Assembly: GCA_040285825.1 (NCBI GenBank)
Contig: JAUPSS010000011.1
Coordinates: 1-64,000, forward strand
From: Eukaryota sp. TZLM1-RC
Taxonomy: Eukaryota; Protista; Metamonada: BaSk clade
Length of the DNA stretch: 64,000 nt
Reading direction: 5' to 3'
A program made the translations under genes and the position numbers. The first letter of the stretch is position 1, and the number at the start of each line of letters is the position of its first letter. Below, piece by piece: positions 26,266-38,481 of this stretch. A model generated the notes under the pieces. The model ran no database searches, was not told where the DNA came from, and worked only from the letters and a program-made list of their open reading frames with translations.

Positions 26266-28315
26266 GCTATAATAGAAAAGTCAAGAGTTCCACCAAGATC
26301 ACTAACGAGCTCAAACTCAGTTGAGCGAGGAGTGGAAGGTTCTTCGTCAGAGAGGGAAGGGAATGGGAAGAAAAATACAACGGATGTTGTGATGTTCGAG
26401 AAATAGGTGTGTGCAAAAGGTTGGTGACGTGTTTGGGCTGAGATGAAACAGAATGAAGGAATTAACTTGTGAAACTTTATGCTAACTTGTTGAATCCGCA
26501 AACACCCTAGATTAAACGAACAACTACTGTGACTTACCACAACTTGACCAGATTACTATTTTTGGAAAAGACAATCATTAAAGCAGCTCCAGTTTCCGTT
26601 ATAAATGTCTTTATTTATCAGTTTGTGCATGTTTTATTGTTTTGTGGATGTAAGAAGTTGAAAATAAACCAAATTTTAAAAGTAATTGAAACTCAGAAAT
26701 CAGTCATTTCTGATTGTCTATGCACCTTCTACTTCCAGTAAGGTCTATGAAGTCATGGGCACGTGCCTGTTCTCTTGATCAGTTCTTTGAGCAGCGAATA
26801 TGTGACTCTGTTGATGGACAGCTGACCAAGGTGACCTCCATGGCTCACTTGGGCAGTTTGCTGGTCAGAGTTTTTGGTGTACGCTTCCCTGAAAACAGTA
26901 CTTTCCTGACTCAAAATCAATTGTTGATCCAGTGTCTTGACTTTGTGCCGGTCTCTGAGCCAAAAGTCAGACATCCAGTCCACAGACCTGGCAAAGGTCG
27001 TGTGTACGAGAAGCTCCAGAGACTCTTTGCATCATGACCGCTTGCTGGCTTGTTCATGTCAAGAAAAGTCGTAATCATGCACTACCCATAGTAGACCTCT
27101 CCAACAACTGATGGATGCAAGGTGCCGCCAGCTGCAGGACAACTACCGGCAGTTTCTAGCTGATGGTCTTGTGTCTTGGAAGCTCAACTTATTTCGCATG
27201 TTTGCAGTTGGTCATAACTGCCCTGCACCAGCAATTTACGCTGGTTCTGTACTCCCCAACAACACGAATTTTCAGGAACCTCTTCTGTTTTGTTTCAACA
27301 CACACCATACATTGGCTACTTGTCTATTTTACTTATTGGTTGGAGATCCGCAAAGGTAAAACACTCTTATTTCTTCTCGAAAAGTGACCCTCAATCAATC
27401 AAACAGTACCTACATTTTTCGTTGCTGATTAACTATCCAAAACCACCTCGAGCAAGCCTTTCCACATAGCTTCACACGACAGAGACTCACCCCCTACCGC
27501 TAGTTTGAAGCCTGCTTTTATCCCTTTTCCACAGAGGTTCTCAACCACTTTATCACCAAAAACAGATCAAAAACACCCACTCATCAATAGATGTTTATGA
27601 CGTGCAGAAATTGAACCATTACCTGCTTGAAATATCAACTATCGGTGAGAATAAGGACTATGAAGGTAATAACGTAAGACGATCATTGCTAAAGCAGCAA
27701 TTATATCTGAGTGCTCGAAAAGAATTGAGGAGAAACACAATTGACTTCTTTATAGGAAAACAGAAAAGATTCAGCTCAATGATTAACCAAGTGAAAAAAT
27801 TTGCAGACAGTCGAGAGTAAAGTTGTGGTTTGGCAATGGAGGTGGTACATCACGTCAAAAAGTGAAAACACCACGTAAGGCGTTTCTCAAGTTGTTACAA
27901 TGTTCATTTGCTAATGTCAAGATCGTAGATGAATACATGACATCTGCAAAGGTGAAGTGCTGCAAGATGCTACACCAAAAGATCTATCGAGAAATTGATG
28001 GTGAAGTTAAAGTTCACACAGCCTATTTCAGTTGTCGGGAATGTAATCACGTTTGGTCTAGAGACATTTCTGCATCACTAAATCGGCTAGAAATTGCAAT
28101 TAGGGAGCACTACTATGGAATAAGACCAGAAGCGTTTCAGAGACCACAAAAAAACTAGCTTCAAAGCTACGTATTGTTCTAGAGGAGAAATGGGCTCACT
28201 GAGATTGGTGGCCAACTATTCGAGGATTCTGAAACGTCTGTGGACGATCTCACCAAGGATGAAAGTTCTTGGAATAAGTTTGAATGATGCTTGAAGAAAG
28301 TATGCATTTCAAATG
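26266..28315 (+). mobile_element. Fanzor element, family 2, copy C (pseudogene; ~400-bp deletion removes RuvC-I)
   Basis: Colinear with 50499-52912 (-); VDEYMTSAKVKCC, CREC..WSRDISAS, RPEAF; nonsense and frameshift lesions. Confidence 0.88.
28159..28312 (+). ncRNA. Candidate omega-RNA scaffold, family 2
   Basis: 28159-28288 matches 50635-50506 with 3 mismatches by eye; hairpins incl. CCAAGGAT-GAAA-GTTCTTGG and CGTC-TGTG-GACG. Confidence 0.65.
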
Positions 28316-28450
28316 AAACCAACAACTTATAATTAATCTCCTCCAAAATAAAACAACTAGATAACGCTCTCTCATAGTGAGATCTGAGAGAACGCAGTGC
28401 TGCATCAGACCATCTACGACTTCCCCCTAAAAGAGGAAAAAACAATTCCA
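28316..28450 (-). mobile_element. CRE-like 3'-terminal fragment
   Basis: Similar to 56345-56460. Confidence 0.7.
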
Positions 28451-29442
28451 TTCTGAGATCAGCATTCCATCGGAGTGAAACTCAAAGACTTTTAGTATTA
28501 ATTAGGTTGTTGTAACAATTGTCCAAGCTAATCATTATGAGCACATCAGTGTAGTTCTTTGTCTTTTGGTAACCCGATATTGATTGTTTGCTCAATGTAT
28601 CATGATTTGTGGTATGGCGTACGAAATTACGGAAGATTCTTCTCTTATTGGATCAACGTTAATGATGATAGCTGATCTAATGCAAAACAAAGGAATCATT
28701 AAAACAAACGACTCCCATAACAAAGCAAATATGTATTGGTCTTTATTCATCAACATCTTCGGCGAAGGGTCCAGGGTTCATGGACTTCCACATTGTTTTA
28801 TAACTTTCGCTTGGAACAAAATGCCATTCACTAGTTCGAATTGGAAGTTTGATAGCCCCTACAGTAGCAAGTGATAACAGTACAAAGATAAACACTAGCG
28901 TAAGATCTAGGGATAACAGTATGCTAACCAGCATTGATAGCACTCAGAAGAACAAGCGGATATCTTGTCAGTCATATTTGAAGCCTGCAGTGTTTTTTTT
29001 GCTGAAGCATGATCTGAAACCCAATACTATTAGTTTTTGATGAGATTCTGAAGTTCTTGTGTCATCGTTCTATAATTAACGGATAAGATTCAAAAACTGA
29101 TGGACTGTATTGGACAATATGTCTTTCACAAATGACAGAATAGATCTTCCAGATACAATGGCAGAAGTTGACACATGAAAGTTACACAAAGACTCAAAAA
29201 TGCAGTAAATTGTGTTCTTTGAGCAAGCTTTACTATATATAATGAAAATAATAGCACAACAGAGTAGTATTAAACATGGATGGTGTAACACACTTATAGA
29301 ATGAAATGAAGAATGTCCTGGAGAAGCTGACTTCATTCACTACATCACTAGTGAAAAGTATTTAAAAAGGCAGTTTGCCTTACTTTTTGCTCAATCGTTC
29401 CTTCTATCTTTTTGGGCCAGTTTTCGGATTCCAATTATAATT

Positions 29443-30896
29443 ATGAAGGGTGCAGAACCACTATTAGGCAAGACACACATTCCGATGTTTACCCAGGATA
29501 GTCCTGAGTCTCCCAAGCCCATTCGTCAACGCTTTAAAAGCGAACGATCTTTTGTTTTATCCTTGTCAGCAGCTGCTGTGGGATTGGGTAACTTGTGGCG
29601 ATTTCCCTACATTGTGGGACTGAATGGTGGTGGATCTTATGTACTTGCTCAGATCATTGCTATGTTGTTGGTGAGCTTCCCCTTGATGTGGCTCTCAATT
29701 GCTGCTGGTCGATTATCGCAAAAAAATGTTGTACATTGTTACGGTCAAGTTCATAAGGCTGCCAAGGTTTACGGTTGGTTTGTGGTACTGCTCACCATTG
29801 CTATTACATCTTACTATCTCGTAGTCACTGGATGGTGCTTAGGTTACGCCGTTGATGCTGTCAATAATTCATTGGTTGTTTTCAAACAGTTTTCCTCTGG
29901 ATATAAGTCTTTGTATTACTTTGTTGTAGTGGCAATCACTGCTCCTCTGGTTTTGGTTAAGGGTGTTGATGCTTTGCAAAAAAGTTCTCGCATCCTAATG
30001 CCTATTCTTATGCTGATTATGCTTTCATTGGTTACAGTTGCAACTCAAACTGATGGATGGTCCCGTGCTGTTGCTTATTTGGTTCGCTTTGATGTGTCTC
30101 GCCTGAAAAGTGTTGATCTCTGGGTATTTGCTCTAGGACAAGCCTTCTACACTGTCGTGTATGTTTATTTTGTCATAAATTAAACACAGTGTTGGTCAAG
30201 GGTTAGTTGATGAAATACTAATCAAAGCTTCCTCGAATGTTATGGCTCCTATATCCCAGAAAAGACACATGTTCCCCGTGCTGCTTTAATTGTAAGTTCT
30301 ACAGAATTTATGGTTTCTTTACTTTCAGGTTTTTTCATGTTTCCATTTATCTTCGCACTGGATCTAGAACCCACTGCTGGTAGTGAGCTTGCATTTAACA
30401 CCCTTCCTCTGGTTTTTAAATCTTTGACTGGTGGATATTGGCTAGGAATCATGTTCTTCATGTTGTTCTTTTTGGCAGCATTCAGTTCATGTATTGCAGG
30501 TTTGTTTTTACTTTTCTCATTATAGGGCTCAAGGTAATTATCTCTGCTGTCGAGGAAGAATTTAAACTCAAACCAAAGATGGCTGTTTTGGTTGTTGGTT
30601 TTCTAATGCTTGTTTTGGGAACTCCATCAGCCCTTTCGTCAACACCCTTACAATTAAAAATAGGTGACGAAAGTGTTTTGGACTTTGTGGATAGATTCAC
30701 AGGAACAACAATGGTTATCTTTTCCGGTTTTTTCGGAGCCTTTATTCTTACTTGGTTTATTCCAAAGCACAAGATTCATAGAGCTCTCGGGGTGGAACAT
30801 CGGTGGTGGACCGACTTTATATATGTTATTGGGCGCTGGTCACCTATTTTTGTTTTGATTTTTGTTGTCGTACGTTTTGTTCTGAGTCTTGTTTGA
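29443..30896 (+). CDS. SLC6/NSS transporter paralog 2, three short introns
   Basis: AVGLGNLWRFPYIVGLNGGGSY contiguous; GT-AG introns near 30159-30227 and 30500-30525 restore the frame. Confidence 0.92.
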
Positions 30897-31357
30897 ATTT
30901 CCTTGAGTGAAAGGTCTATAGCATGTGTGTTTTACTTTATTACATTTCTCTACAATAAACACTTACTAAGCATTAATTATTCTAAGATCTATTACCTGAA
31001 TCAGGTCATAATAAGTCAATAAAACTCTCAATCAAAACACACCTAAATGTTTTTAACCTATTGTTCAAAGGTCAAATATGATAATACAAATTCCAAAGAG
31101 CTGTCAAAAATTTGAAGGTGTTCTGCGTTTGGAATTTGCTCATTCCAATACAAAATTCTACCTCTTTTTTCCTAATGAGAATGATTTCTGTTACCAAACA
31201 ATTTTGTTACAAACCATCCTGGCCATATCAGTTTTAATTTACTTTGATCGGGATTGGGAGAAACAATCAGGAGTAATACGCTGTACTCTAATCGAATATC
31301 GCTGATTCAAACTCTTGAGAAATTGGTAATTTTGATCATGGCCGTTGTCTACATCAT

Positions 31358-31755
31358 AGCCGCTTGCTATCTTGTTCATTGTCAAGAACAGGTCATAATC
31401 ATGCACTACCCACTAGTAGGCCTCTACAATAACTAGTAGATGCAAAATGCCGCCAGCTACAAGGCAACTAGCAGCAGCTTCTTGCTGATGGTCTTGTGTC
31501 TTGGAAGCTCAACTTCTTCGGCTTGTATGCAATTGGATCAGCCACTTATGCTGGCTCTGTACTTCAAAACATCACGAACTGTCGGGAATCTCTTCCTTCT
31601 TGGTTCAACACACACCGTACAATGCCTGTCACTCTGTTTAACTTCATGGTTGGTAATCCTCAAAGGTACAACACTCTTCTTTCTTCCCGAAAAGTGAGCC
31701 TTAATCAAGGGAACAGTACCTACATCTTTCGTTGCGGATTAACAATCTAAAACCA
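31358..31755 (+). pseudogene. Internal fragment of Fanzor family 2 (copy E)
   Basis: Homologous to 27037-27445; VGNPQRYNTLLSSRKV..STYIFRCGLTI. Confidence 0.85.
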
Positions 31756-31975
31756 CTGGAAATTGATTTTGAAATGATTGTAAAGAGAAGAACTAACAGA
31801 CCTTTCAACAGATTTTTTTGGCAAATAGAATTGTGTTTTCTATTTTTAAGGGGATGTTGAAGATAGTTTATGACGCTTTGCTTTCTCTCGGATCTCACTA
31901 TCAGGGAGTTGCATCCAGTTGTTTTGTTTTGGGGGAGATGGATTATTTTGATGTTGAGTTATAAGTTTTCTAATA
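31755..31975 (+). mobile_element. CRE-like 3' fragment
   Basis: FWQNRIVFSIFKG-coding sequence; reverse-complement similarity to 56330-56530. Confidence 0.75.
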
Positions 31976-32070
31976 AATCAATATATTTCAAAAAGTTTCA
32001 ATCTGCTTAACAACACAACCCTTGCTGAGCAACCTAGCTTCCTACCAACAAACACAATGTCATTTTTGAT

Positions 32071-34374
32071 ATGATTGAACTTATCTCTCATTTTGTATCC
32101 GAGGAAGATATCATCGCAGTTGATGTCTTCAGGAGTCAGATATGCATGGGTACTTCTACAGGAAATCTCATTAACTATGACCTTGAACGAAGCACTTCAT
32201 CTCAACTCAATGCCCACTCAGGCCGAGTTACCTCCCTTCAAATTCTCACTATACAACCCTACGTTCTCTCCTCTTCATTAGATGGTACTCTCATCCTCAA
32301 TCACTTTCCATTCAACAAATTTCACCAAAAACCAGTCTGCATTTATCCTCCTCCTTTCGATCCATCCACCTCTACGCCTTCTTCTGTTCTCCCTATCCAC
32401 TCCATGGCCATTGATGAGTCTCGCAACGTCATTCTCATCTCCCACTCTTCACACCCTCTGACCACCAACCCTACTGGTTCTTCCACCATTTCAATATTCT
32501 TTCTTGAAAACACCAAGACGAAACCCACCCTCAAGTTCTCCCATACCCTTCTTTTCCCATTTCCTCCCCCAGTCTCGCTTCACTTTATCAAGGACAGATA
32601 CCTTGTTGGTAAGTTCTTGATAGGAAGAACATTCTACTCTGAATCGTCGTTAGATGCCTTTTACCAGTTTGACACAGATTCCATTCTTTCTAAATCTAGT
32701 TCGAAAACAATGATTTCCAACCCTGTCCCTCAACGCCCTTCACCCACTCTCCATGCTTTGCCTCCTCTCCTCGCTAATGCTGGGGAAGTTCCTGCGATAG
32801 GCGGAATACTTAAAAACCACGGCTTTGTCAAGTTTTCTTCTCTTACTTCTTCGCTTCACCACAATGTTCCTTTCCCTGTTGTCTCTATGACCAGCATTAG
32901 ACTCCCTTCTGGCCCAGGTTTAGTTGTTGCTGCTAGTGGAGGTAAACGGTCTGATGGGGTGATTGGGGGTCTTTATTGTTTAGATGTCCGGAATGGCTTG
33001 GTTGAGTTTGAGTTTAAAGCACCTGTTAATCAAGGTCAATCAATCAATAATTTGATGGGGTATTTGGTCAAGTCTACCGAAAAGTTTATTATTGTTGTTG
33101 CTAAACTACCAGGGACTAGGAAGAGATTTATTTGTAATTTTGCGATTAATTTCTCCTTTCCCGTTTGTACAGAAGTTTCAAAATCTAATCTATATTTCAT
33201 AAGGAATAATGCAGACTCTGTTCTTTTAAAGAGCATTAAGGAGAACAATTCAGAAATTAATCTTTCTATTTCTGAAATTGATCCGGTTAACCTTTATCTT
33301 TACCCCCAACCTAAAGATAAATTCAGTCTGAATTCAAGTGTTTCATTCGATGTGCAAAGTGATTTTTATGTCTCTTGTTTTATTTTTAAAGAAAATTCAA
33401 CTATTTTAGCCTGTGTTTATTCTGCAAATACGAAAAGTATTGTCTTTTCATCACCTTCAAAGGTAATTAATTCGGTTTTCTGTCGTGACTCGGTCAAAAA
33501 CCTTGTCGAATTCCAATCAAATGTGATTGCTATACATGAATCTGGATTGACTTTCATTGACTCTGTTGATGCTGACGTGTCGTGCAAGTATTTTCAATCA
33601 GATATGATTGTTTCCTTTTTGGCATTTGAAGATTTGTTTATTACACTACGAAACATTGATAGCTCTTTATTTATTGTCTATTCAAAGCTAGATTCAAACA
33701 AATCTTTTATTGATTCGTATCAGAAATTCCTTGTAAACATTCCTTTTTCTACTATATCTCCTATATCTTTTGCTGCCGTTTATTCCTCTGTTTTTGGGAT
33801 AGTATGCTTGGACACCCCTTATATTGTTAGACGGCAACCTACGTCATCAGAGCTGATGATTACGGAAGTCAAGATATTTCCTCACGGTTTTTGCCCTTCT
33901 TTTGTGACTAGATGTGGTGGATTTTTAGGTTTTTGGTCAAATAATTGTGTAGATGGAAACAATTCTATTTTTGGTTGTTTGCTTGACATGTTAGGAAGTA
34001 AAGTCATTGCTGTTCTTAAAAGTAATGATGCCTGTATTGATTTGTATTCCTTGAATAACCATGTTTGTGGGTTATTCCAAAGTGACTCAGACTCGCTCAA
34101 ATTAGGAATCTTTTCATTGGATCATTTATGTAAAAGGATATCTTCTGGGAGATCTTCAGTTGCTTCCAAGTTCACCAACCAGTTTAAATCACGAAATGTC
34201 TCAATTGATCATCTGAGGCTGGTTCCAAAAACATTAAAATCTCCTTTACCTTTGCTAACAAACGTTTCATTGCCCAACAATGTGGGAAAACCGAATAAAT
34301 CTAATAACACTGTAAATATCAGCGAATCACGATCAGCTAGCAGACTTTTAAGAAAGTTTGAGCATTTGAGTTGA
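32071..34374 (+). CDS. Hypothetical protein with N-terminal WD40-like repeat
   Basis: 767-aa ORF; AHSGRVTSL..VLSSSLDGTL. Confidence 0.7.
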   Translation: MIELISHFVSEEDIIAVDVFRSQICMGTSTGNLINYDLERSTSSQLNAHSGRVTSLQILTIQPYVLSSSLDGTLILNHFPFNKFHQKPVCIYPPPFDPSTSTPSSVLPIHSMAIDESRNVILISHSSHPLTTNPTGSSTISIFFLENTKTKPTLKFSHTLLFPFPPPVSLHFIKDRYLVGKFLIGRTFYSESSLDAFYQFDTDSILSKSSSKTMISNPVPQRPSPTLHALPPLLANAGEVPAIGGILKNHGFVKFSSLTSSLHHNVPFPVVSMTSIRLPSGPGLVVAASGGKRSDGVIGGLYCLDVRNGLVEFEFKAPVNQGQSINNLMGYLVKSTEKFIIVVAKLPGTRKRFICNFAINFSFPVCTEVSKSNLYFIRNNADSVLLKSIKENNSEINLSISEIDPVNLYLYPQPKDKFSLNSSVSFDVQSDFYVSCFIFKENSTILACVYSANTKSIVFSSPSKVINSVFCRDSVKNLVEFQSNVIAIHESGLTFIDSVDADVSCKYFQSDMIVSFLAFEDLFITLRNIDSSLFIVYSKLDSNKSFIDSYQKFLVNIPFSTISPISFAAVYSSVFGIVCLDTPYIVRRQPTSSELMITEVKIFPHGFCPSFVTRCGGFLGFWSNNCVDGNNSIFGCLLDMLGSKVIAVLKSNDACIDLYSLNNHVCGLFQSDSDSLKLGIFSLDHLCKRISSGRSSVASKFTNQFKSRNVSIDHLRLVPKTLKSPLPLLTNVSLPNNVGKPNKSNNTVNISESRSASRLLRKFEHLS

Positions 34375-35269
34375 CAATATGTTGAATTAATTCAATTAAT
34401 TAAGCGCCAGTCAAGGAGATTCCGATTGACTTTCAATTTGTAAATTTTTGGTTATTTTGATTAAACATTGATTTATTTTATCAATCAGTAATCAAATGTA
34501 CAAATATTAGCTTTACCGAACTTCTGAAACAGCCTTCTGTCGGCTGTGATGGAGCGAAATCCATCGGCACAATAGACAGCAGAATCATCATAATGTGTAT
34601 CAGAATGTATCTATAACTTTTTGTATAACTTTTTGTATTGTTGAATAAACCTACTGTTACTCAAGAGTTTGCTGCTACCAAGGTAGAATCAATCTCACTT
34701 TGTTTTAATTCAATGATCTCAGGACACTGGGTTTTCTTGTGGATTTTGCAAATTTCCACTACTTTTATGAAGTTTATGATTATTTATGTGTAAGTGTAAG
34801 ATAAGGTTTTTTCACTTGAAATTAACTTATCAGTAAACTTCTGTGTATAAATGCTTGCTCAGTGCCTCTTAACAACCATCAATGACATTCAACTTGGTTA
34901 TAAAAATCAGAGAACTTAATGGGAAAAACACTGTTGGCTGTCAAAGTCAAACAATACAATTGTGAGCTGTAGCTAAACGTGACCTTTCGTTTATGGAAAG
35001 TATCACGTCATCACTAGTTTAAATTGTATCTATTTTATCTCTAGTGCATGAAAAGCAACACATTATCATTTTGATATCAAGTTTCTAATCAAAAATTAAT
35101 TTTTCTTCAGGTTTGGTGCTTATTCAAAAGAACCAGCACAACAATCAGGCTTCACCAAAAATTGTTCAGAAGACCAGCTTAAAGAATAGGTTTTTGCTTC
35201 ACACTTGCCAAGGAACAAATGGAAAAAATTTCGTTAGATAATGAAATTAGCTAAAACTTAATAAAGTCA

Positions 35270-35379
35270 TTGTTACAGATGATGTCTATGATAATGAAAT
35301 AAGTGTCCTTTTTACACCGATGCAGAGGGCCTGAGTTTTTGAGAAGTGGAAGATTTTATCCTTAAAGATGAAACCCTTT
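35270..35379 (-). ncRNA. Candidate omega-RNA 3' scaffold, family 4 copy A
   Basis: Non-coding tail conserved with 60443-60530; similarity ends abruptly after ..CATCTGTAACAA. Confidence 0.55.
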
Positions 35380-37370
35380 TCATTGAACCTTGGCTCTCTG
35401 TAGGTATACCGGTCTATCTCCACCCTTTACGTGTGCTTCCATCACTGCCAAAATTTTCGACGCAGTATCTCTATTCCACAAACATTCACATGATTTACAC
35501 ATGGTAAGCCCGTAACGAATAGACATCTCATGCCTCTTCCATGGCCTAGGATTTCTGCACCATTGGAATGTTTCAACTGTTTTCTCCGCTTTCTTACAGT
35601 TGAAACAACAGCAACTGGTTCGAAACTCATCAATTAAAAAGACCTTATAACCAGCCTTTTAAATGAATTCTCAAACCTTTTCCTTTGGTATTTTCTTTGA
35701 ATTTCATGTGTTCTCGTTCCCAGTCTCCGATTCCAATAACTACTTGGCTGGGATCACTAATTACTGATTTGAATCTCTGAATCATCTTTGCTTCAGATCT
35801 TGTGCGATTAATCTCAGTCCACCATCTTAGTTTCTTCAATATTTTTTGATGATAGACTTCACCAACAATACTATTCACAAAATTCTTTTGTTTAATATAC
35901 TCCATAAATCTATCAAACCTGCAGCTTTTGGAATTGAATTGGGATAAAGTTGCTTTTTCATTCTGTTACAGATTTAGTCGTGTGAACATGATTTCTCAAC
36001 TTGAATGAGTAATCAATTTCGTGGGGAATATTGATTTCTTGAGGTACTTTACCTCTTAATCAACTAATTGTTTTTTCAGTTATTTGATTAATTATAGTGC
36101 TTAAAGCCATCCTTTGTTGCTGCTCTTCAGATGGTTCATAATTGGATGGATCAATCACTCTACCAGAAGAGTTACTTATTGTGATAAGAGTGTCATTACG
36201 TATGCTGTCTCTTATTCTTTTGAATTTGGAACTTTTCGACTCAAATATTTGTTGATTTTGAGTGTACCTGAAATGAACATATTTATCTCTCTCAGGTTTT
36301 TTTGAATGAGTCATTCCAGTAGCTAAATTGAAATAAAAACATAGAGTAGATCAGATTTCCCTGGATCAGCAGCAGCTGTGGTCATATCTTGGAATTCAGA
36401 AGGATTGATTCTGGGGTCATCAATATTTTTTTCTTTATCTTTCAATTCTTTTGTAGTTACTTTGTACTTTTGCAAGTCCAATCTAGATTGAATGAAACTT
36501 ACTGCAATTCCATCACTCTCAATATTAGACATGATGTACTTGGAATCTTCTGAATAAAGTTCAGTGTTGTTAATCTCATCCATTTTCAAAAAGGTATTCC
36601 ATAAAACCAAATCAGCGGCTTGATTATTACATTAATAGGAGGAGGACTTTTGATCAAGAATGTCCTTGAATTCGACGAAGAACAAGTTTTAATGAACTTG
36701 TCCTGTCAATTCTAATATACGAGGAAATACTAGAATTCTTCAAAGGCAGAGCATGAAAGAGTTTGCTCTTCTCATCTTCTAAATAATTATTAAAATAAAA
36801 CATTGCCCTCAAATAGTAATTTGATATTGGCGAAAAATCAAACTTTGAATACTTTTCCCTTTTGGAATTACCCGGAAAGTAAATGAGGGATCCGGTCATT
36901 AATGAAAAGCGGAGTATTCGATGAGACTTTGTTTCTCATTGCAGAAGTTTCGCCATCAATATCTCTACATCCTTCTAGAAGGAGGAATTTAACTTTGTTG
37001 ATGAATGATGAAAAGTTTTCTTATCTTGCTTTTTCAGGACATTTTTGTTTCTCTTAACATCATAAACAACATAGACAAACCGATCCAAGTAATCAAAGTA
37101 ATGCTCATGGATGTTATTATTGAAATTCACAATCAGTTTGTCAATTGTGTAATAAAAAAATTACTTATTCCTTTCTTTGATAAAACTTTTGGAACAAGTT
37201 TTTCTCTAAAGTGTTGGTGATAGAATTCCAACAACAAAATTTTCTGCAACATTGATGAAAACGTTACTCATTTTAAGGTCTACAATGAAATTCATCTGTA
37301 AAAAATGGCGTTTGCAGCTCTTTAATGCTCGTACCGCATCTTTTCTGCGAAAGAATCTCGTATGCGGTTA
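35270..37370 (-). mobile_element. Fanzor element, family 4, copy A (pseudogene)
   Basis: IESDG, AADPGKSDLLY (RuvC-I), IGIGDW..KGKG, IDEFRTSCCC (RuvC-II), CKSC..LWNRD..RPVYLQR read in a frame absent from the ORF track; stop 35380-35382. Confidence 0.88.
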
Positions 37371-37746
37371 CTTGATTCAGTAGAATGATAGAAACACACC
37401 ATGTACAGTGACTAAAAAAAGTTTCAAGCTCAGTATCTCATGTTGATTGTTAAAAGTAAAAATTGTTTTTTACTTTTAATTATTGTAAACATTTTATTAC
37501 TTTCAAAACAAACTATACGACAAGGTTAAAATTCTATGTCGTCATAACCCAAATCAGCCAAGAAGAATTGACTGGAGGTTTTTCTTTCATAAACGCGTCC
37601 AAGAGATAACAAAGCTGAAGATAATAAGGGAACAACATCTTTGAAAATTGAAAATACAATTCTGTTGTTTATTGAACAAAAAGTCATTGATCCATCATAC
37701 GTCAAGTCTCTCTTTCGGCTTTCAACATTCCTCTATCCATTGTTCT

Positions 37747-38481
37747 ATGTTTAATGATTCAAGTTCCTTGGAATATGAATCTCTCAAACATGAGCATGAT
37801 AGAACTCTTACATCCCTATCTACATTACGTGAAATCGTGTCTGTGCTTCGACAGGAGCTTCAAGATAGCGATAAACTGAAAGAAGAAGCTTTATCTTGTG
37901 TAGAATCTCTCCAACACGAACTTGAACTTCTCCGTCCTTATAAACGCCAACATATTGAACTCACTGACACTGTTACCTCATTACAAGAAGAACTATCCCT
38001 AACGCGACGGTCACTCACTCAACAACAACACCACAACCAAGAACTAAAGTCTGTGCTGCAGAAACAGAAACAAGCGAGAAGATATGAGTCTCAACGGGCA
38101 GAGACAGCTCTTATGTACATTAATGATTCTTCTATTGAAAGAGACTCAATCATAACACAATTGACAAGTGAAGTGAGGAAACTGGAGCAGGCAATTGAAG
38201 AACGAGATCGGCTATTGGTTGACAAGCACCGACCTAATGCCGACATAACACGAACTTTTTCTTCACCATTATCATCACCACATCCATCAACTTCGTATGT
38301 TTCTCTTTCAAAGGAAAATGTTGCATTAAAGTCAGTCGTGGAGAGGCAAAGTGAGGAATTGGGGAGGCTGAAGAAGAGGTCGAAAGTCGATGTGGATGTT
38401 GAAAGACTTGAGCAATTGTTGTTATTAAAAGATCGAGAAATACTGGAGCTTACCAATGCATTGTTGTCTGGTCAGGATTGA
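37747..38481 (+). CDS. Coiled-coil protein
   Basis: Heptad-rich ORF; first ATG MFNDSS. Confidence 0.7.
   Translation: MFNDSSSLEYESLKHEHDRTLTSLSTLREIVSVLRQELQDSDKLKEEALSCVESLQHELELLRPYKRQHIELTDTVTSLQEELSLTRRSLTQQQHHNQELKSVLQKQKQARRYESQRAETALMYINDSSIERDSIITQLTSEVRKLEQAIEERDRLLVDKHRPNADITRTFSSPLSSPHPSTSYVSLSKENVALKSVVERQSEELGRLKKRSKVDVDVERLEQLLLLKDREILELTNALLSGQD

Noticed and set aside
26266-28315. TIR or Helitron assignment for the Fanzor elements
   Set aside because: No terminal inverted repeats, TSD or consistent TC...CTRR ends could be identified by eye
35442-35633. ORF-track protein MMSFEPVAVV (also 60618-60815)
   Set aside because: Wrong frame; the overlapping frame encodes Fanzor DEFRTS..LWNRD
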